In this document: positions 61,491-64,000 of the stretch, in pieces | How positions within the stretch are numbered: position 1 is the first letter of the stretch | How the letters are laid out: every line of letters starts with the position of its first letter | Assembly: GCF_006345805.1 (NCBI RefSeq) | Contig: NC_043026.1 | Span: 620,001 to 684,000, forward strand | Origin: Octopus sinensis | Taxonomy: Eukaryota | Length of the DNA: 64,000 nucleotides | Direction of reading: 5' to 3' | Position numbers and translations under genes: made by a program | Notes under the pieces: generated by a model | The model's database searches: none | Told to the model about the DNA's origin: nothing | The model's input: the letters and a program-made list of their open reading frames with translations, nothing else

Positions 61491-61953
61491 AATAATTTGT
61501 CAAAATCGTGCAGGAACAGGAAATCAACGATTTGTCTGACATAACAATCTATGCTTTTAACCCTTCACTTAACTAAAGCGGCCATTTTTGTCACAAGACA
61601 CCTAAAGGTTTTCTTTTGTTTTTCTTTCGATGCATCGATCCAAGGTCTTATGTCAGGTGTTTTATTTCTTTTATCGATCTCTACTCACACAATGATACGT
61701 TGCCTTTATGACAACAGTGTGTGCATCATGAACCACAGGTTTGTAAAAGGTTGCCGCTATTATGTTTACATAAAATCCATCAATTAATACAAACATCGTT
61801 CCCGTTGTTGTGAGTAAATAGAGCGGAAGATTTTGATTACTGTAATCAATCGCGTTTCCTTCACGTGCCTTCTGTACTTGTATGTGCCACACACACACGC
61901 CCACAGATGTTGTGCATAGATAGTAGATAGATAATAGATAGATAGATAGATAT

Positions 61954-61984
<31 letters not shown>

Positions 61985-62109
61985 TGCATGCATATATATG
62001 TGTCTATATATATATAGATATATATATATAATATATATATATCTCAGTATCTATGTTTAGGCATATATATATATATCTATATATATATATATATAATATA
62101 TATATACGT

Positions 62110-62296
62110 ATAATACAAAAAAAGAAAATGGAGAAATACACCTTAATCAATAATCAACTACCAGATAATACCCCATCACATAATTTATTAACCCTTGATG
62201 TTCATATGTATGGTTTAATAAATTATGTGATTGGATATTATCTGGTAGTTGATTATTGATTAAGGTGTATTTCTCCATTTTCTTATTTTGTATTAT
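62110..62296. repeat. Near-perfect ~81-bp-arm inverted repeat
   Basis: 62110-62191 is the reverse complement of 62215-62296 with ~3 mismatches; ~23-nt loop. Confidence 0.9.
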
Positions 62297-62529
62297 TAAT
62301 TTGTGGTAAAACATTTTACCTTTGCCCATATAATACAATAAATGAATTAATGGCATCGCAATTCTTAACATTTATGTATTAACTTTGTTGGTGCTTTACT
62401 AGCATTATATGGATATTTGTTATCCCATGGTGGGTTGCACTCACAACCCTTATCTCATTTGTAATACACACACACACACACACACACACACCACACACCA
62501 CACACCACACATATATATATATATATATA

Positions 62530-62837
62530 ATACAGGACCAGATACTGCAACAGCTTGGGTTTCAGAGGACCACACTCTTTAACATCCTCCCTAAATGCCT
62601 GAGAGACTTACATGGTGTGGATGTGGGTTTCTTTTAAACTAATGGATCTCTTCTTGTTGGAGTCCCAGATGAACCTACCTCAACGACAGGAGACGCGGAT
62701 GCGGGCAGCAGCATCGAAGAACTCCCTTGTTGATCAAGTGCCACGTATCAGAGGTGGATTCACAATTAGTGTAGCTCATTCAGCGGTGGTGCACCAGCAT
62801 GGCCGCGGCCTTCGGGCTAAAACTTTTAATGATTTAA

Positions 62838-62840
<3 letters not shown>
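62530..62840 (+). mobile_element. CR1 LINE 3' fragment
   Basis: LGFRG..LFNILPKCLRDL...LFLLGVPDEP resembles the end of the 41248 ORF. Confidence 0.65.
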
Positions 62841-62872
<32 letters not shown>

Positions 62873-62874
<2 letters not shown>

Positions 62875-63270
62875 CGCAGGAGTGGCTGTGTAGTAAGTAG
62901 CTTGCTAACAACCACATGGTTCTGGGTTCAGTCCCACTGCGTGGCATCTTGGGCAAGTGTCTTCTGCTATAGTCCCGGCCGACCATGCCTTGTGAGTGGA
63001 TTTGGTAGACGGAACTGAAAGAAGCCTGTCGTATAATTCTATATATATATATATATATATGTTTGTGTGTCTGTGTTTGTTCCCCTAGCATTGCTTGACA
63101 ACCGATGCTGGTGTGTTTACGTCCCTCACTTAGCGGTTCGGCAAAAGAGACCGATAGAATAAGTACTGGGCTTACAAAAGAATAAGTCCCGGGGTCGAGT
63201 TGCTCGACTAAAAGGCGGTGCTCCAGCATGGCCGCAGTCAAATGACTGAAACAAGTAAAGGAGTAAGGAG
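62873..63270 (+). mobile_element. SINE (family 3)
   Basis: GGCGCAGGAGTGGCTGTG..GGGTTCAGTCCC head, internal (TA)n, conserved tail. Confidence 0.9.
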
Positions 63271-63301
<31 letters not shown>

Positions 63302-63302
<1 letters not shown>

Positions 63303-63816
63303 CTATATATATAAAACTGTAGTTGTGTGAGTGTCTGTCCCCTTCGATTTAGATTCCTAACTACTCCCACATTTTGCGGTGCAGTTTAACCAAATTCGGG
63401 TATCTTATAGTCGTGATTAATATCGAGCCCGTCTGGCTATTAGCGCGCGTCTACGATGAGTCTTCGATTTTAAAAATAATTTAACATAATTTTTTATTCC
63501 ATTTTAATGCATAATTTTTCGTGTGTCGATGGCGGCGGAGTTGGCGTCCATGGTCACACCTGCACCTGTGTTTGCTTCTCCCCCTTCTTCCCTCGCTCGT
63601 GAAGCTGTGGGGAAGGGAGTTTAAGGAAATCAACGTCGTAAAGCGTTGTCAAGGAGACCAGCGTTCTTTTAGAACAACAACTTCATGGCTTGAAGACACC
63701 AAAACAGAAATGGCTAAGAAAGCCCGAATTGGCATCTATAAGAGAAGTAACTCTCTAAAAATGCTTATATAGTTATTTCCCTTACAAACCCGAGCAACGC
63801 CGGGCGATACTGCTAG
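63302..63816 (+). mobile_element. Non-autonomous Helitron (~515 bp)
   Basis: A|TC...CCCGAGCAACGCCGGG...CTAG|T; near-identical to 27355-27867. Confidence 0.85.
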
Positions 63817-64000
63817 TATTATATATAAATTTTTCCGTACTGTCGGATCTTACTCATAAAGTATTGAAATCTTACATGTATATACCATTTTGCCTAAAAA
63901 AATGGATCTACAAATTCAATATCCCTGCATATCTCACATCTATATTCTTTTCCCCACCTCACTCTCTATTTTGTATCATATCTAAATTAACTATTACTTA

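Overview
AT-rich, microsatellite-dense animal genomic DNA, most likely Octopus (inferred from SINE families I recall as octopus-typical; not database-checked). Apart from one gene family, the window is almost entirely transposable elements and simple repeats. GENE FAMILY: four related units (A-D) encoding small secreted proteins with a signal peptide, a PAN/apple-like domain and a C-terminal domain I cannot name. Copy A (+, 26020-34154) assembles into an intact 5-exon, 294-aa ORF with GT-AG sites and matching phases. A near-identical inverted copy of its exons 2-4 (B, -, 9060-20393) has no exon 1 of its own. A diverged exon 1 (C, -, 38291-38618) is phase-compatible with B, which would enclose A in antisense within a C/B intron. 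D is an orphan exon 3 (50599-50762). Each of A, C and D has a homologous ~550-600 bp upstream block ending in a splice donor. TRANSPOSABLE ELEMENTS: a full-length Tx1-clade LINE in a (GATA)n tract with an apparent ~180-190 bp target duplication; stacked R4/Dong-type elements and an unknown ~550-bp element in a (TAA)n tract next to a splice acceptor; an ORF1-only Tx1 derivative inserted in an LTR-like repeat with a 17-bp TSD; Penelope-like elements with minimal hammerhead motifs, one joined to a FAAH2-like fragment; and CR1, RTE, mariner, Helitron and SINE copies. All alignments were done by eye.
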